IMG/VR virus record: IMGVR_UViG_3300026382_000273
Reading direction: 5' to 3' (one strand)
DNA from: an uncultured virus (IMG/VR IMGVR_UViG_3300026382_000273)
Taxonomy: Duplodnaviria > Heunggongvirae > Uroviricota > Caudoviricetes
Length of the DNA: 64,000 nucleotides
A program made the position numbers and the translations under genes. The notes under the pieces were generated by a model. The model was not told the DNA's origin. It worked only from the letters and a program-made list of their open reading frames with translations, and searched no databases. Positions 10,322-21,338 of the stretch are shown one piece after another; positions within the stretch are counted from its first letter, which is position 1; each line of letters opens with the position of its first letter.

Positions 10322-12880
10322 ATGTTTCATAGATTGAAAGTAAAAAATATTAGATATAAAAATTATGATAATAAAAATAAAAAATTTTATAATATACTAG
10401 AATGTATAGATTTAGATAAAGAAGAATTATTAATTTTGAAAGGACATTCTATTGAGGAAATTTTTAAAGAAGAAGTTGTGTACATTCGTGGTGTTAAACA
10501 TCAAAAAGAATATAATGGCGAAATATATATAGAATTAATTCCTAACAAGGAACATTTAATTGGTAAATCTTATCAAAGTACAATTGAAGGTTTAGTAAAA
10601 TTTTTAACAACTTTACCAGGAATTGGAGAAAAAACTGCACAGAAGATTTGTGAAATATATATAGGCGATAATATTAGCGATATCAAGCAAGAAATAATTA
10701 ATGATATAAAAAAGGGAACAAACGAAAAACTTAATAAAATATTAAAAGAAAATAAAAGACAAAAAATAATAGAATATTTTAAAGAACAAAACAGAATTAT
10801 AAGTTCTTTAAAAGAATTTCAAACGGAATTTAATATACCTAATCATGTAATAAATAAAATTGAAAAAAAAGGATTAAATGTTATTGAAACTTTTTTAAAA
10901 AATCCTTATGAAATATCTTTCCATATAAAAGGAATTGGATTTAAAACTGTGGATAAAATTGCTTTAACTATTCAAAAAAGATTACAAAACAATGATAATT
11001 TTGATTTTTTAAGATTAAAAGCGGCAGTATTTTATTCATTAGAAGAAGCTTCAAAGGAAGGACATGTATATTTAGGAATTGAAGGAATTAAATATTATCT
11101 TAAAGAAAAATTAAATATTAAAATAGATAATATTCCTAAGTATTTCCTTGAAAAATATACAGGTATTAAGATAGTTGATAAAAATATTTTTAATGATATT
11201 TTTGAAAATAATATAAGTGTTTCTTTTTGTGAAGAAGATTTAAAACAATATTTTAAAGAAAAATTAGGCATTGATATAAATATCGATAATATTAAAAAAT
11301 CATTAAAGATAAATTTTATTGAAGAACAAGTATTTATTGATAAACCAATATTAAATGAAATAAAAAAAGAATATGAAAAATCAATTAATAATGCTTATTC
11401 TATTTTAATTGATAAAATATTGGAAGAACTTCAAGAAAAAGAATTTATTAAATTACTTGAATTAAAATATAAAAATAAAACTTATAAAGTAGCTTATTTG
11501 ATAGAAAATTATAAAATGGAAATAGAAATTGCAAAAGAAGTAAAAGAAAGATTATCAAATAATGATAATGTTATTAATATTAATAAAATTTATACTGATA
11601 ATTTCATTCAATTATCAGAAAAACAAGAAGAAGCAATACATGGAAGTTTAAAAAATAATTTATTTATAGTAACTGGTGGTCCTGGAACAGGTAAAACAAC
11701 AGTTGCTAAATATATATTTAAAAATTTAAAATATTATTTTCCTGATAAAAAAATAGCAGTTATGGCACCAACAGGAACTGCAGCTAAAAGAATAGGTAAT
11801 GTAATTGAAACAGAAGCAACAACTATTCATATAGGACTAAAATGGAAAAGAGGGCAATTTTTATATAATGAATTTAATAAACATCCAGCAGATATAATTA
11901 TGATAGATGAAGCAAGTATGATTGATATGCCTTTGTTTTATTCACTTTTAAAAGCTATGAAAAAAGATACCAAATTAATTTTAATAGGTGATATAGATCA
12001 ACTTCCACCTGTTGGTACAGGAAAAATTTTAGAAGATTTATTAAAAAGTGAAGTTGTTCCATATACTAAATTAGATAGAATATACAGACAAGCAGAAGAT
12101 AATCCAATTGCAGATTTTGCATATGATGTGAACAATGGAATTGTAAATTTTTTTACATATTCTTCAAAAGAATATAGAAAAAATAAAAAAATGAATATTG
12201 TTATAAAAAAATCTTTTAATAAAAAGGAAAACAGTGCGTATCAACTTAATATGGAAAATGAAGTTGTTGATATTTTTTACGAAATATATAAAAAACAAAA
12301 AATGGACATAATGGATATACAATTATTGGCACAAATGAAAGTTAATAAAGGTGGAGTTAATTCAATAAACAAAAGAATACAAGAATTAATTAATGAAAAT
12401 TCTTTTATTCCAGGAACTAGTTTTAAAATAGGTGATAAAGTATTACAAGTAAGAAATAATTATATAAAAGAAGTGATGAATGGAAATATAGGAAAAATTA
12501 TCGGTTATGATGGTGATAATACAATAACTGTTGAATTTATAGAAGGTACAATTAATAAATTAGTTGAATATAAAATTAAAAGTTCTGATACAAATGAAAC
12601 AATAAAAGGAAATTTAGAATTAGGATATTGTATGACAGTTCATAAGTCTCAAGGTAATGAATGGAAAAAAGTTATTATTTTATTTAATAATTATTTCTTT
12701 ATAAATAGAAAAATTATTTATACAGGTATTACAAGAGCAAAAGAACAAACTATTATAGTAACAAATTATCCTATTTTAACACATGGTATAAAAACTGAAT
12801 TTGGTATTAAAGAAATTAATGGAAAATTAGTAAAAATTATTAGAAATACAAATTTAAAAAATTTTTTAAAAAATATATAA
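10322..12880 (+). CDS. recD2: RecD2-like SF1B helicase
   Basis: HhH motifs LPGIGEKTA and KGIGFKTVD; TGGPGTGKT, APTGTAA, IDEASM, GDIDQLPPVG, TVHKSQG, YTGITRA. Confidence 0.92.
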   Translation: MFHRLKVKNIRYKNYDNKNKKFYNILECIDLDKEELLILKGHSIEEIFKEEVVYIRGVKHQKEYNGEIYIELIPNKEHLIGKSYQSTIEGLVKFLTTLPGIGEKTAQKICEIYIGDNISDIKQEIINDIKKGTNEKLNKILKENKRQKIIEYFKEQNRIISSLKEFQTEFNIPNHVINKIEKKGLNVIETFLKNPYEISFHIKGIGFKTVDKIALTIQKRLQNNDNFDFLRLKAAVFYSLEEASKEGHVYLGIEGIKYYLKEKLNIKIDNIPKYFLEKYTGIKIVDKNIFNDIFENNISVSFCEEDLKQYFKEKLGIDINIDNIKKSLKINFIEEQVFIDKPILNEIKKEYEKSINNAYSILIDKILEELQEKEFIKLLELKYKNKTYKVAYLIENYKMEIEIAKEVKERLSNNDNVININKIYTDNFIQLSEKQEEAIHGSLKNNLFIVTGGPGTGKTTVAKYIFKNLKYYFPDKKIAVMAPTGTAAKRIGNVIETEATTIHIGLKWKRGQFLYNEFNKHPADIIMIDEASMIDMPLFYSLLKAMKKDTKLILIGDIDQLPPVGTGKILEDLLKSEVVPYTKLDRIYRQAEDNPIADFAYDVNNGIVNFFTYSSKEYRKNKKMNIVIKKSFNKKENSAYQLNMENEVVDIFYEIYKKQKMDIMDIQLLAQMKVNKGGVNSINKRIQELINENSFIPGTSFKIGDKVLQVRNNYIKEVMNGNIGKIIGYDGDNTITVEFIEGTINKLVEYKIKSSDTNETIKGNLELGYCMTVHKSQGNEWKKVIILFNNYFFINRKIIYTGITRAKEQTIIVTNYPILTHGIKTEFGIKEINGKLVKIIRNTNLKNFLKNI

Positions 12881-13007
12881 ATTTTATTATATAAATTAAA
12901 ATACATAATGTTGTTTCTTTTATTATTTAATTTTATTTTTAAAATCTTTACATTTAATAAAAATTATGATATACTTTATTAATATTTATTTTTAAAAGGA
13001 TTATGTA

Positions 13008-13706
13008 ATGTTACCTAAATATAAAAACTATTTATTAAGACTTTATAAAGAAGGGTTTATTTCTGAAAAATTATATAAAGAATTTTATCAAATTTATATT
13101 ATGAATATATTACCTGATAATACTTTTGAATTTACAAAAATGCTAAAAGAAAGAAATCCTTATATTAATTCAATCCGAAATTTTTATAATCGTTATATAG
13201 CATTTCCTTATTTGGATAAAGAATTTATTTTCGAAGTAAAAAATATTTGTAAAAAATATAATATTAATCATATTTTAGATATATTTGCAGGAAGTGGAAT
13301 TTTTACATATTATTTAAATCAACAAGGTTTTGAAACAAAAGCATTTACATTAAAAAAAGACAAATATATAGACAGTATTGATAATTCATTAAAAAAAAGA
13401 ATGATTCGTAATAAATTTCTAGAAGAAATAGAATATTATACTGAATTTTATAATTTATTAAAAAGTGAAAATTATGATATGGTAATAACAAGTTGGCTTC
13501 CTTATCAATTAAAAGATAGTTATAAAGTTATAGATAATTTACAAGACAATAAATATTTATTAGTTATAACAGAGGGAATAGATGGTTGTATAGCCGATGA
13601 AAAATTCCATAAAAAATTAGAAGAATTAAAATTAATATATACTTTTAAAACTTTAAAAAATTTTCCTGGTATTCATGATCAAGCATTTTTATATTGTAAA
13701 AAATAA
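13008..13706 (+). CDS. SAM-dependent methyltransferase-like protein
   Basis: ILDIFAGSG motif I; SWLPY, EGxxGC, FPGIHD. Confidence 0.65.
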   Translation: MLPKYKNYLLRLYKEGFISEKLYKEFYQIYIMNILPDNTFEFTKMLKERNPYINSIRNFYNRYIAFPYLDKEFIFEVKNICKKYNINHILDIFAGSGIFTYYLNQQGFETKAFTLKKDKYIDSIDNSLKKRMIRNKFLEEIEYYTEFYNLLKSENYDMVITSWLPYQLKDSYKVIDNLQDNKYLLVITEGIDGCIADEKFHKKLEELKLIYTFKTLKNFPGIHDQAFLYCKK

Positions 13707-13733
13707 GAAAATTAATTTAACTGATAAAAAAAA

Positions 13734-14180
13734 TTATAAAACAAATTCTAAATAAGGATATTTATTGTTTAATTCATTAAAAAATTCTAAAAATTTTTTA
13801 TCTAATGTTTTATAATCTTTATATGGATAATTATAAAGTTCATTTAAATAAAGAATTTCTTTTTGAATATCAAAAGTATCCATTTTTTGTTCTTCTAAAA
13901 TATTTTTATATTTGATTAAATTTTCTAATGTATCTTTTATATCTATCATTGTTTCATTTAATCTAACGATAGGTTTTATTTGTTTATATTTTTTTATCAT
14001 TTCTTGAGTTATTTTATCTGGTTTATTGAAATATACCCAAGTTTCTGCAATAATACTATTTAAAGGAACTTTTTTAAAATTTTTTTTATTACATTTAGGA
14101 CAAATAGTTTCTTTTATTTTCATTCCTTTACCTATTTTAATATTATTAATATATCCACAATTTTCGCAAAATAAAAGCAT
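13734..14180 (-). CDS. Zn-ribbon-containing hypothetical protein
   Basis: N-terminal CENC...CPKC. Confidence 0.65.
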   Translation of the reverse strand: MLLFCENCGYINNIKIGKGMKIKETICPKCNKKNFKKVPLNSIIAETWVYFNKPDKITQEMIKKYKQIKPIVRLNETMIDIKDTLENLIKYKNILEEQKMDTFDIQKEILYLNELYNYPYKDYKTLDKKFLEFFNELNNKYPYLEFVL

Positions 14181-14309
14181 AATTATCCTTTAAAATTTAA
14201 TTTTTTGATCATAAAATAATAATAAAATTATTTTATTTTAACAAAAATTTTTAAAATAATTTGACAATAAATAATAAAAATGGTATAATGCTATAAAAAA
14301 GGCAAAATT

Positions 14310-15251
14310 ATGAAACAAACCAATCCTATTATTAAACTTGCAAATGATCTAGAAAATATGATTGATTATTGGAAAACGGTAAAACTTGACCCTAAAAAAA
14401 CAAAAGAAATATATAATGTAAATATTAGAAAATTATCAAGTAAAGAAGTAAAAAATATTAGAAGAGATATTTTTAGATTTAATGTTTTAAAAAGATATCC
14501 ATATTTGTCAATAAATTTTTTAACTATGTTATGGTATAAACATTTGGATTTCAAAGAAAATCCATTAAAAATTTTAAATGAATATTTTGATAAATATAGT
14601 AAGACCATGTTTTATATAAATATGTTAACATCAGGAATATATTTAACAAAAAAAATGGCTAAAACTAATATTGCATTCATATTAGATAAACCTATTGAAG
14701 AACTTAAACAAAAAGAATATATAGATTATGCTATTATTAATATGTATTTTGATAATTTAAAATTTGTAAAAAATATTCAGAAAATTAATAAAAAAATAGT
14801 TTTAAAAGAAGTGGTAAATAATGTTGATTTTGCAAATAGTGTGATTTTTTCAAATAACGAAAGAAAATATATTTTTGCTGCACTAACAACTATGACACAA
14901 CAATGGATTAAAGATAATGTGAATAAAGATGTTAAAACAAAAGTTGAAACAGATGGATTAACAGATAGACAACTGATTAATATTCTTGAAATTATAGAAC
15001 CAGCTGATATTATTCCAATTCCTAAAAGAAAAGAACATAATATTGAATTTATTACAATTATAAAAAAATTAAAATCAGAACAAGAAATTATTGAAACAGT
15101 TGAAAATGAATACATAAAATTATATTTTATTAAAAATGGTATTTTAATTGAATTTAAAAATAAAAAGAAATTGCTTGATATTATTAAGGACTATGATTAT
15201 TCAAAATTAAAAATCGATAAAATTATTAAAGTTTTAGAAAATATTTATTAA
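14310..15251 (+). CDS. Hypothetical protein
   Basis: 313 aa; TGGTATAAT promoter at 14281. Confidence 0.75.
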   Translation: MKQTNPIIKLANDLENMIDYWKTVKLDPKKTKEIYNVNIRKLSSKEVKNIRRDIFRFNVLKRYPYLSINFLTMLWYKHLDFKENPLKILNEYFDKYSKTMFYINMLTSGIYLTKKMAKTNIAFILDKPIEELKQKEYIDYAIINMYFDNLKFVKNIQKINKKIVLKEVVNNVDFANSVIFSNNERKYIFAALTTMTQQWIKDNVNKDVKTKVETDGLTDRQLINILEIIEPADIIPIPKRKEHNIEFITIIKKLKSEQEIIETVENEYIKLYFIKNGILIEFKNKKKLLDIIKDYDYSKLKIDKIIKVLENIY

Positions 15252-15277
15252 ACCCATTTTTTTTTTAAGGAAAATAA

Positions 15278-16054
15278 ATGACAATATATGAAGCCGCAGA
15301 AACATTAGGAGTTGAGATAACAACTTCTATTAATGAAGTTACTAAAATTTTTAAAAAATTAGCAAGAAAATATCATCCTGATATATGTAAAAAACCAGAA
15401 TGCGAAGAAAAATTTAAAAAAATTAATGAGGCGTATAATATATTTAAAGAGAATAAAAAAGAAACAATTGGTGTGGATATTCCAGCTTATGAATCTTTTT
15501 ATAAAAAAGAAATATTTGAGGAATGGTTAAAAGAACAAGTTGGAGAACAATATGAAAAAAAACAAAAAAATTCTATAAATATAGAAGAAATAAATATAAA
15601 GGTAAATGCGGTTGATGTTTTAAAAGGTAATACAATTAAAATAAAATCTAAAAGTCTTTCTGAAACAATTGAATTACAATTATCGCCTTTTTTAAAAAAT
15701 AAAGAAAAAATTAAATATAAAACAGAAAAACAAGAATATATTATTAATATTGAAATAATAAAAGAACAAGGTTTTTCAATTGATAAAGAAGGAAAAATTA
15801 CGAAGGAAATATATATTCCTTATATATACTTTTTAATAGGTGGTAAAATTATAATAAATAATTTAGAGGAAAATTTTATTTTAAATTTACCACCTAAAAT
15901 AAAAGATGGACAAATTTTAAAAATTCCAAATAAAGCATTAAATCAACAAGATTTATATATAAAATTATATATAAAATTACAAACAAATGGTGAAGAAAAA
16001 GAATTGAAAAATATTCAAAATAAATATTATAATTTAAAAAAAGAAATTTTTTAA
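15278..16054 (+). CDS. DnaJ/CbpA-like co-chaperone
   Basis: J-domain KLARKYHPD...FKKINEAY and DnaJ C-terminal-like region; no Zn finger. Confidence 0.88.
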   Translation: MTIYEAAETLGVEITTSINEVTKIFKKLARKYHPDICKKPECEEKFKKINEAYNIFKENKKETIGVDIPAYESFYKKEIFEEWLKEQVGEQYEKKQKNSINIEEINIKVNAVDVLKGNTIKIKSKSLSETIELQLSPFLKNKEKIKYKTEKQEYIINIEIIKEQGFSIDKEGKITKEIYIPYIYFLIGGKIIINNLEENFILNLPPKIKDGQILKIPNKALNQQDLYIKLYIKLQTNGEEKELKNIQNKYYNLKKEIF

Positions 16055-16125
16055 AATTTTAAATTATTTATTTTTTTTGTATTTTCTTTTTATTTTAATA
16101 TAATGAAAAATAAAAAGGATAAAAC

Positions 16126-17024
16126 ATGTTTAAAAAATTATTATTATCAACTGCATTAATTTCAGGGTTATTTACTTCATCATTAATGGCAAAAGTTGTT
16201 TCAGATAATAAGATAATTCAACAAAAAGAAAGTATTTTAAAACAAATGTATAATCAAATAAAAAGTGATCCTAGATTTCTTTCAATTCAATTAAAAGGAC
16301 GAAGTTTAATTATAGAACTTCCAGATAAAATCAATTCTAAATATAGATTTGCTTCTCTAATCAATGATAAAACAAAATTACAAGAAATTTAAAAATTAAA
16401 ACATTAAATCAAGCTTCAATACTTTGTAATTCTCTTTATATTAGAAAAATGTTCAAAGAAGAAAAAGCTAGAATTGTATATAGATATGCACTTGTAAATA
16501 TCAATAAAAAAGCAAAATATAAAACTATTATCGATGAAAATGTGTGTATTGCAAATAAGTATGCCGACGAAAAAATGCAAAATAAATATATGTACAATGA
16601 ATTAAAAGAAATGACTGATTTTTCATATAAACATATACATCCTTATATTAAAAATTTAGATAATCTTTCTCCTATTAAATCATTAAAAAAAACATTAAGT
16701 TCTATTAAAGGAAAAAGGATAGACGTTTATACAATAATAACAGATACTAATTTTGATCAAAAAAATAAAACTGTTTCAATTACTATGAAATTAAAATTAA
16801 CAAAAAATGCTACACCTGTATTAAAACAAAGAGCGAAAATGATTGAAAAATTAAGTAAAGAAGATTTAAATAAATTTCTTAAAAAAATAAATATTGAAAA
16901 TTTACAAGTTATGCTTCCAGAACTTTATGATTTAATAAAAAAAGATGGATGGAAATTAAAACAAACTTATATTATAGGAAGTAAAATCATTACATATACA
17001 ATAGATAAAAACGATTTAAATTAA
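16126..17024 (+). pseudogene. Secreted protein split by a 1-nt frameshift (ORFs 16126..16392 + 16449..17024)
   Basis: Adding one A at 16385-16387 joins the signal-peptide ORF to the open frame NLKIKTLNQASILCNSLYIRKMF... Confidence 0.65.
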
Positions 17025-17333
17025 ATTTTTATTTTATTTTTTTTATTTTATCTTTATAATATTTCATAAATATAAACAAATATTCATTCTTAATACAAAC
17101 AAAATAAAAAGAATAAAAAAAATTTTTGTAAATGTTTTTATAAATATATTATTAAACATAAAAAAATTTTAAACAAAAGTATTAAAAAAATTTATAAAAA
17201 AAGGTGTATTTTTAAGCATTATTAATAGTGAAAAAAATATTTGAAGTGTATATCCTTTTGATGTCATTAATTTTTCTTTTTTTTATTAAATTTTGTTAAA
17301 ATTTGTTGTTAACTTAGTATGAAAAGGTAATTA

Positions 17334-18449
17334 ATGAAACAAAAATTTTTTCATTTAAAAACAGGAAAATTAATTTTAGATTTTGACAAAGATTTAAAAA
17401 TTTTGACTTCTATTGGTTCAAGAATTAATAAAAAAAGGGGATTTTTATTTATTAGTAAAATATTAGGAAAACATTTAGATACTAATCCTTTTATTATGAA
17501 TAAATTATATAAAGATTTATCAAAAAAATTACCTAATGATAATAAAAAAACATTAATTATAGGATTTGCAGAAACAGCAACTGCATTAGGATTAGGTATT
17601 TATCATAAATTAAACAATAATAATTTTTTTTATGCACAATCAACAAGATATAAATCTAAAAAACAAAACCCTTTTTTTATTTTTAAGGAAGAACATTCAC
17701 ATGCACCAAAACATTATTTTTATTTAAAAAGTAAAATTAATTTAAATACAATAGAAAGAATTATTTTAATTGATGATGAAATAACAACAGGAAATACTGC
17801 ATTAAATATTAAAAATAAATTAATAAAAATATTACCTAATACCAAAGAATATTATTTAGTTTCAATACTTAATTCTGTAAAAAATTCTAGTATCGATAAA
17901 GAATTCAAACAAATATATTTAAAAAAAATTAATAATTTAAATTTTATAAGTTATAATATTAATAATATTAAACTTTTTAACAGTAATCCTAATAAACAAA
18001 TAAATATTGATTGTTATATCAATAATATAAACATTCATGAAAAAAATGGTTTAAATAAAAATAATTTAATTTATTATAGAAAAGTAATAAATAAAATTAA
18101 TTTATCAATGAAAAATAAAAAAATTCTTGTAATAGGAAGTGGTGAATTTATGTATCTTCCTTATCTTTTAGCAAATAAATTAAAAAAAAGAGGAAATAAA
18201 GTTTATTATAAAGCATTTACAAGAAGTCCTATAAATATTGATGGTTGTATCAAAAACAAAATACAATTTAAGGATCCTTATAATGAAAAAATAGATATGT
18301 TTTTATATAATATGCAATATTATCCAAATATAATAATATATTTTGAAAATAAAAAAATGAATAATGAAATTAAAATTATTTTGAAAAAATTAAAAAAATA
18401 TACTAATCATTTATATTATATTTTGAATAATAAACCATATTTATATTAA
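17334..18449 (+). CDS. Ter-associated phosphoribosyltransferase with C-terminal TRSP domain
   Basis: NKKRGFLFISKILGKH, GFAETAT, FKEEHSHA, LIDDEITTGNT, GSGEFMY, TRSP motifs. Confidence 0.9.
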   Translation: MKQKFFHLKTGKLILDFDKDLKILTSIGSRINKKRGFLFISKILGKHLDTNPFIMNKLYKDLSKKLPNDNKKTLIIGFAETATALGLGIYHKLNNNNFFYAQSTRYKSKKQNPFFIFKEEHSHAPKHYFYLKSKINLNTIERIILIDDEITTGNTALNIKNKLIKILPNTKEYYLVSILNSVKNSSIDKEFKQIYLKKINNLNFISYNINNIKLFNSNPNKQINIDCYINNINIHEKNGLNKNNLIYYRKVINKINLSMKNKKILVIGSGEFMYLPYLLANKLKKRGNKVYYKAFTRSPINIDGCIKNKIQFKDPYNEKIDMFLYNMQYYPNIIIYFENKKMNNEIKIILKKLKKYTNHLYYILNNKPYLY

Positions 18450-18523
18450 AATTTTTTACTTTTTTATATTTATAAAAAATTATTTTATTTTATTTTTATA
18501 TAATAAATTAAAAAGGAACAATT

Positions 18524-19414
18524 ATGAATATAAAGGATTTAATTAAACAAACTGATCCTATGTATAAACATAATCCTTTATATAAACAATTAAACAAAAA
18601 AGAAGTAAATGTAAATATTAAAAGGCAATTAACAAAAAATGGAAATATCTTTTATATTGAAAAAAATGAAATTATTTTTAAATTAATAGAAAAAGATGGA
18701 TATATTTTATTAGAAGATGTCAAAGGTTTAAGTTTACAAAAAATGCAAAAGATTGCTAAATATATATATTATTTTAATAATAAATCTAAAAATAAATTAT
18801 TTAATAATAAAAATCATTTTTTAAATTATATTTTAGATAATTTATCCAGACAATATAATTTTAAAGGAAAAAAAAGAAAAAAATTAGAAGAAATGAATAA
18901 AATAATTACAAATGATGATATAGAAAAATTTAAAAAAGAAGAAAATATATTCGTATCAGTTAAAGATAGGGTTTTTTTAGTAACTTTTAAGAATAAAGAA
19001 ACATTGAACAGTGTTCATCCTAAACAATTAGAACAATCTTTAAATTATTTAATTCCGTTAATAAATTTTCCCTTAAAAAAAGGTGAAAAAATAAATACAA
19101 AAATATATAAGGAAGAATTACGAAATTTTATTGACAAATATCCAGATATCAAAGCATTAGATTATTTAAAAATTAACAAAAAAAATGAAATTGTGTTAAT
19201 TAATCTATATCATAGTTATGAAGGTGCAAATGCAGCTCCAGCAGGTGTTATGTTAAAAAGTTACAGACATATCATATTACATCCACCAAAAGAACAAGAA
19301 AAAGAATTTAATTTCTTTAAATTATATAAAGCATATACATTAGATATTAAAGATTCATTAGAACCTAAGCCAAAACCACAAACACCAGATTATAATCCTG
19401 AAATTTATATGTAA
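18524..19414 (+). CDS. Hypothetical protein
   Basis: 296 aa, AAAGGA RBS, Pro-rich tail. Confidence 0.75.
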   Translation: MNIKDLIKQTDPMYKHNPLYKQLNKKEVNVNIKRQLTKNGNIFYIEKNEIIFKLIEKDGYILLEDVKGLSLQKMQKIAKYIYYFNNKSKNKLFNNKNHFLNYILDNLSRQYNFKGKKRKKLEEMNKIITNDDIEKFKKEENIFVSVKDRVFLVTFKNKETLNSVHPKQLEQSLNYLIPLINFPLKKGEKINTKIYKEELRNFIDKYPDIKALDYLKINKKNEIVLINLYHSYEGANAAPAGVMLKSYRHIILHPPKEQEKEFNFFKLYKAYTLDIKDSLEPKPKPQTPDYNPEIYM

Positions 19415-19528
19415 TTAATTTAATAGTGAACTTTATCAGCCAATTACTTTGTAATATGAAAGTGACTTTTTTTACAAAAAGATTTATAATAAAAATTAAA
19501 CAAAAAGAACAAAATCTATTTAAATTTA

Positions 19529-20167
19529 TTAATTATTAATATCTTTTTCTATTACTAAAAATTTTTCTGTTAATATCATCATTATTCCAAAAATTATTAA
19601 ATAATGTGAAATAAATATTAATAAACCCAAATTTTTAACAAAATATGAAGGATTTGAAGATAGTATATCCATAACATATACAAGTACTTTTAAAAGTAAA
19701 AAATAATTTATAAATCCAGTAACAATTATTATTCCAATACTTGTTAAATAAGTTTTTAATTTAAATTTCGGTTTTATTAAATTTATTACTAATAATTTTA
19801 TATTAGAAACAAAATCATTTTTATTATTATTTAATACTAATTTCAAAAAAATAGGAAAAAAAATAAAAAAGCCAAATAATATTAAATTTAATAGTGTTAT
19901 TAAAATAATATTATTTAATTTTAATGAAATTTCAAAAAAATATATAATAGGTATTATTATTACTGTAAAAAAACCTAATAATGCTAATAATTTTCTAAAG
20001 CTTCCAAACCATAACCATGTCATTAAAAATAAAGTACTCAATGAAATAATCATTAACTGCATATTACCAGACAAATTAAATAATATGTTATTAAAATATA
20101 AAAGAAATATTAAAGTAAAAGCTAAAATTCCATATATATGTTCTTTTATTATTTTTAAATAATTCAT
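19529..20167 (-). CDS. Multi-pass membrane protein
   Basis: 212 aa with about six hydrophobic segments. Confidence 0.7.
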   Translation of the reverse strand: MNYLKIIKEHIYGILAFTLIFLLYFNNILFNLSGNMQLMIISLSTLFLMTWLWFGSFRKLLALLGFFTVIIIPIIYFFEISLKLNNIILITLLNLILFGFFIFFPIFLKLVLNNNKNDFVSNIKLLVINLIKPKFKLKTYLTSIGIIIVTGFINYFLLLKVLVYVMDILSSNPSYFVKNLGLLIFISHYLIIFGIMMILTEKFLVIEKDINN

Positions 20168-20184
20168 TATTTTCCTTTTTTTCT

Positions 20185-20970
20185 TTAAGAAAAAATTAAT
20201 TTTTCAAATTCTGCTAAAAGTCTTTGTTCATTAACATTTTTTAACATATAACTAAACATTCTTCTAGCAATAGCTTTTGTTTTATTAGAAGGTTTAAATC
20301 CTTTTTTTTCTAATTTAAAAACTCTTAGAATTCGCATTGGATCTTCTTCTATTCTTTTAATAGGATTTCCTTGAAATTGAAATTTTCTGTTATAAGCGTT
20401 TTCAATTCCTGTTTTATCCAACCAATCTTCTAATGTTTTATTTCTTAGGTTATAGTAAATACTGTTAACATCAAAATCTCTTCTTTCAAAATCTGTTTTT
20501 ATATTACCTTTAACAAATCCATTATTATCTTTATCAGCACGAAGTGTTGATATTTCATAAAAAACATTGTCAATTTCAATTAATAAAACACCAAAATGTG
20601 CACCGACTTTTTTAATATTAATAGTATTTGGTAAATTTTTTTCTAAAATTTCTATATTTAAATTTGTTACAATATCAATATCTTTTGGTTTAAAACCTGC
20701 TATAAAATCTCTTGTATAACCACCTACAATCCAAAAATTACCATCTATATTTTTTAAAATTTTCCATAATTTTTGAAAATTTTGATTTCTTTCTAAATCA
20801 AGCTGGATTTGAAATTCAAAATGTTTTAATAATTTATATTTTTTCTTAATATATTCTGGAAGATATCTTTCTATAATATCTTTATTATTAATCATAGTTT
20901 CTAAATATTGCCATTCTTGATTAATATGTTGTCTTTTTCTTATTTCTTTTCTTAATGCTTCAAATACCAT
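20185..20970 (-). CDS. Class II tRNA nucleotidyltransferase / poly(A) polymerase family, short form
   Basis: VGGYTRD, DIDIVT, RRDF, EDPMRILR motifs; 261 aa only. Confidence 0.88.
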   Translation of the reverse strand: MVFEALRKEIRKRQHINQEWQYLETMINNKDIIERYLPEYIKKKYKLLKHFEFQIQLDLERNQNFQKLWKILKNIDGNFWIVGGYTRDFIAGFKPKDIDIVTNLNIEILEKNLPNTINIKKVGAHFGVLLIEIDNVFYEISTLRADKDNNGFVKGNIKTDFERRDFDVNSIYYNLRNKTLEDWLDKTGIENAYNRKFQFQGNPIKRIEEDPMRILRVFKLEKKGFKPSNKTKAIARRMFSYMLKNVNEQRLLAEFEKLIFS

Positions 20971-20979
20971 TATTAATCC

Positions 20980-21198
20980 TTATTTCCTAAGTTTATTTTG
21001 TATAATTTTATTAAGTAATTTAGTTGCATATATAAATTCTTCACTGTCAAATTGAAATTTATATTCATTTTTTTTATCGTCAATAATAGTAAAATTCCAA
21101 TCCGCTTCAAGTATTTTTATATTACTGTTATTATCAATCATTTTTATTGTTTCAATCATTTCTTTAATTGTTTCACGCATATCAGCAATCATACTCAT
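20980..21198 (-). CDS. Hypothetical protein
   Basis: 72 aa; TGATATAAT promoter upstream; co-oriented with the nucleotidyltransferase gene. Confidence 0.6.
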   Translation of the reverse strand: MSMIADMRETIKEMIETIKMIDNNSNIKILEADWNFTIIDDKKNEYKFQFDSEEFIYATKLLNKIIQNKLRK

Positions 21199-21338
21199 TT
21201 TTATACCTTTACTTCGAATTAATGTAATTATATCATAATTAAAAAATTTTGTAAATTTTTAAGTTATATTAAAAATATATATAAAGTTTATTTTATTATA
21301 ATATTGTTAAAAAATTATAAATAAAAAAAGGGATATAT

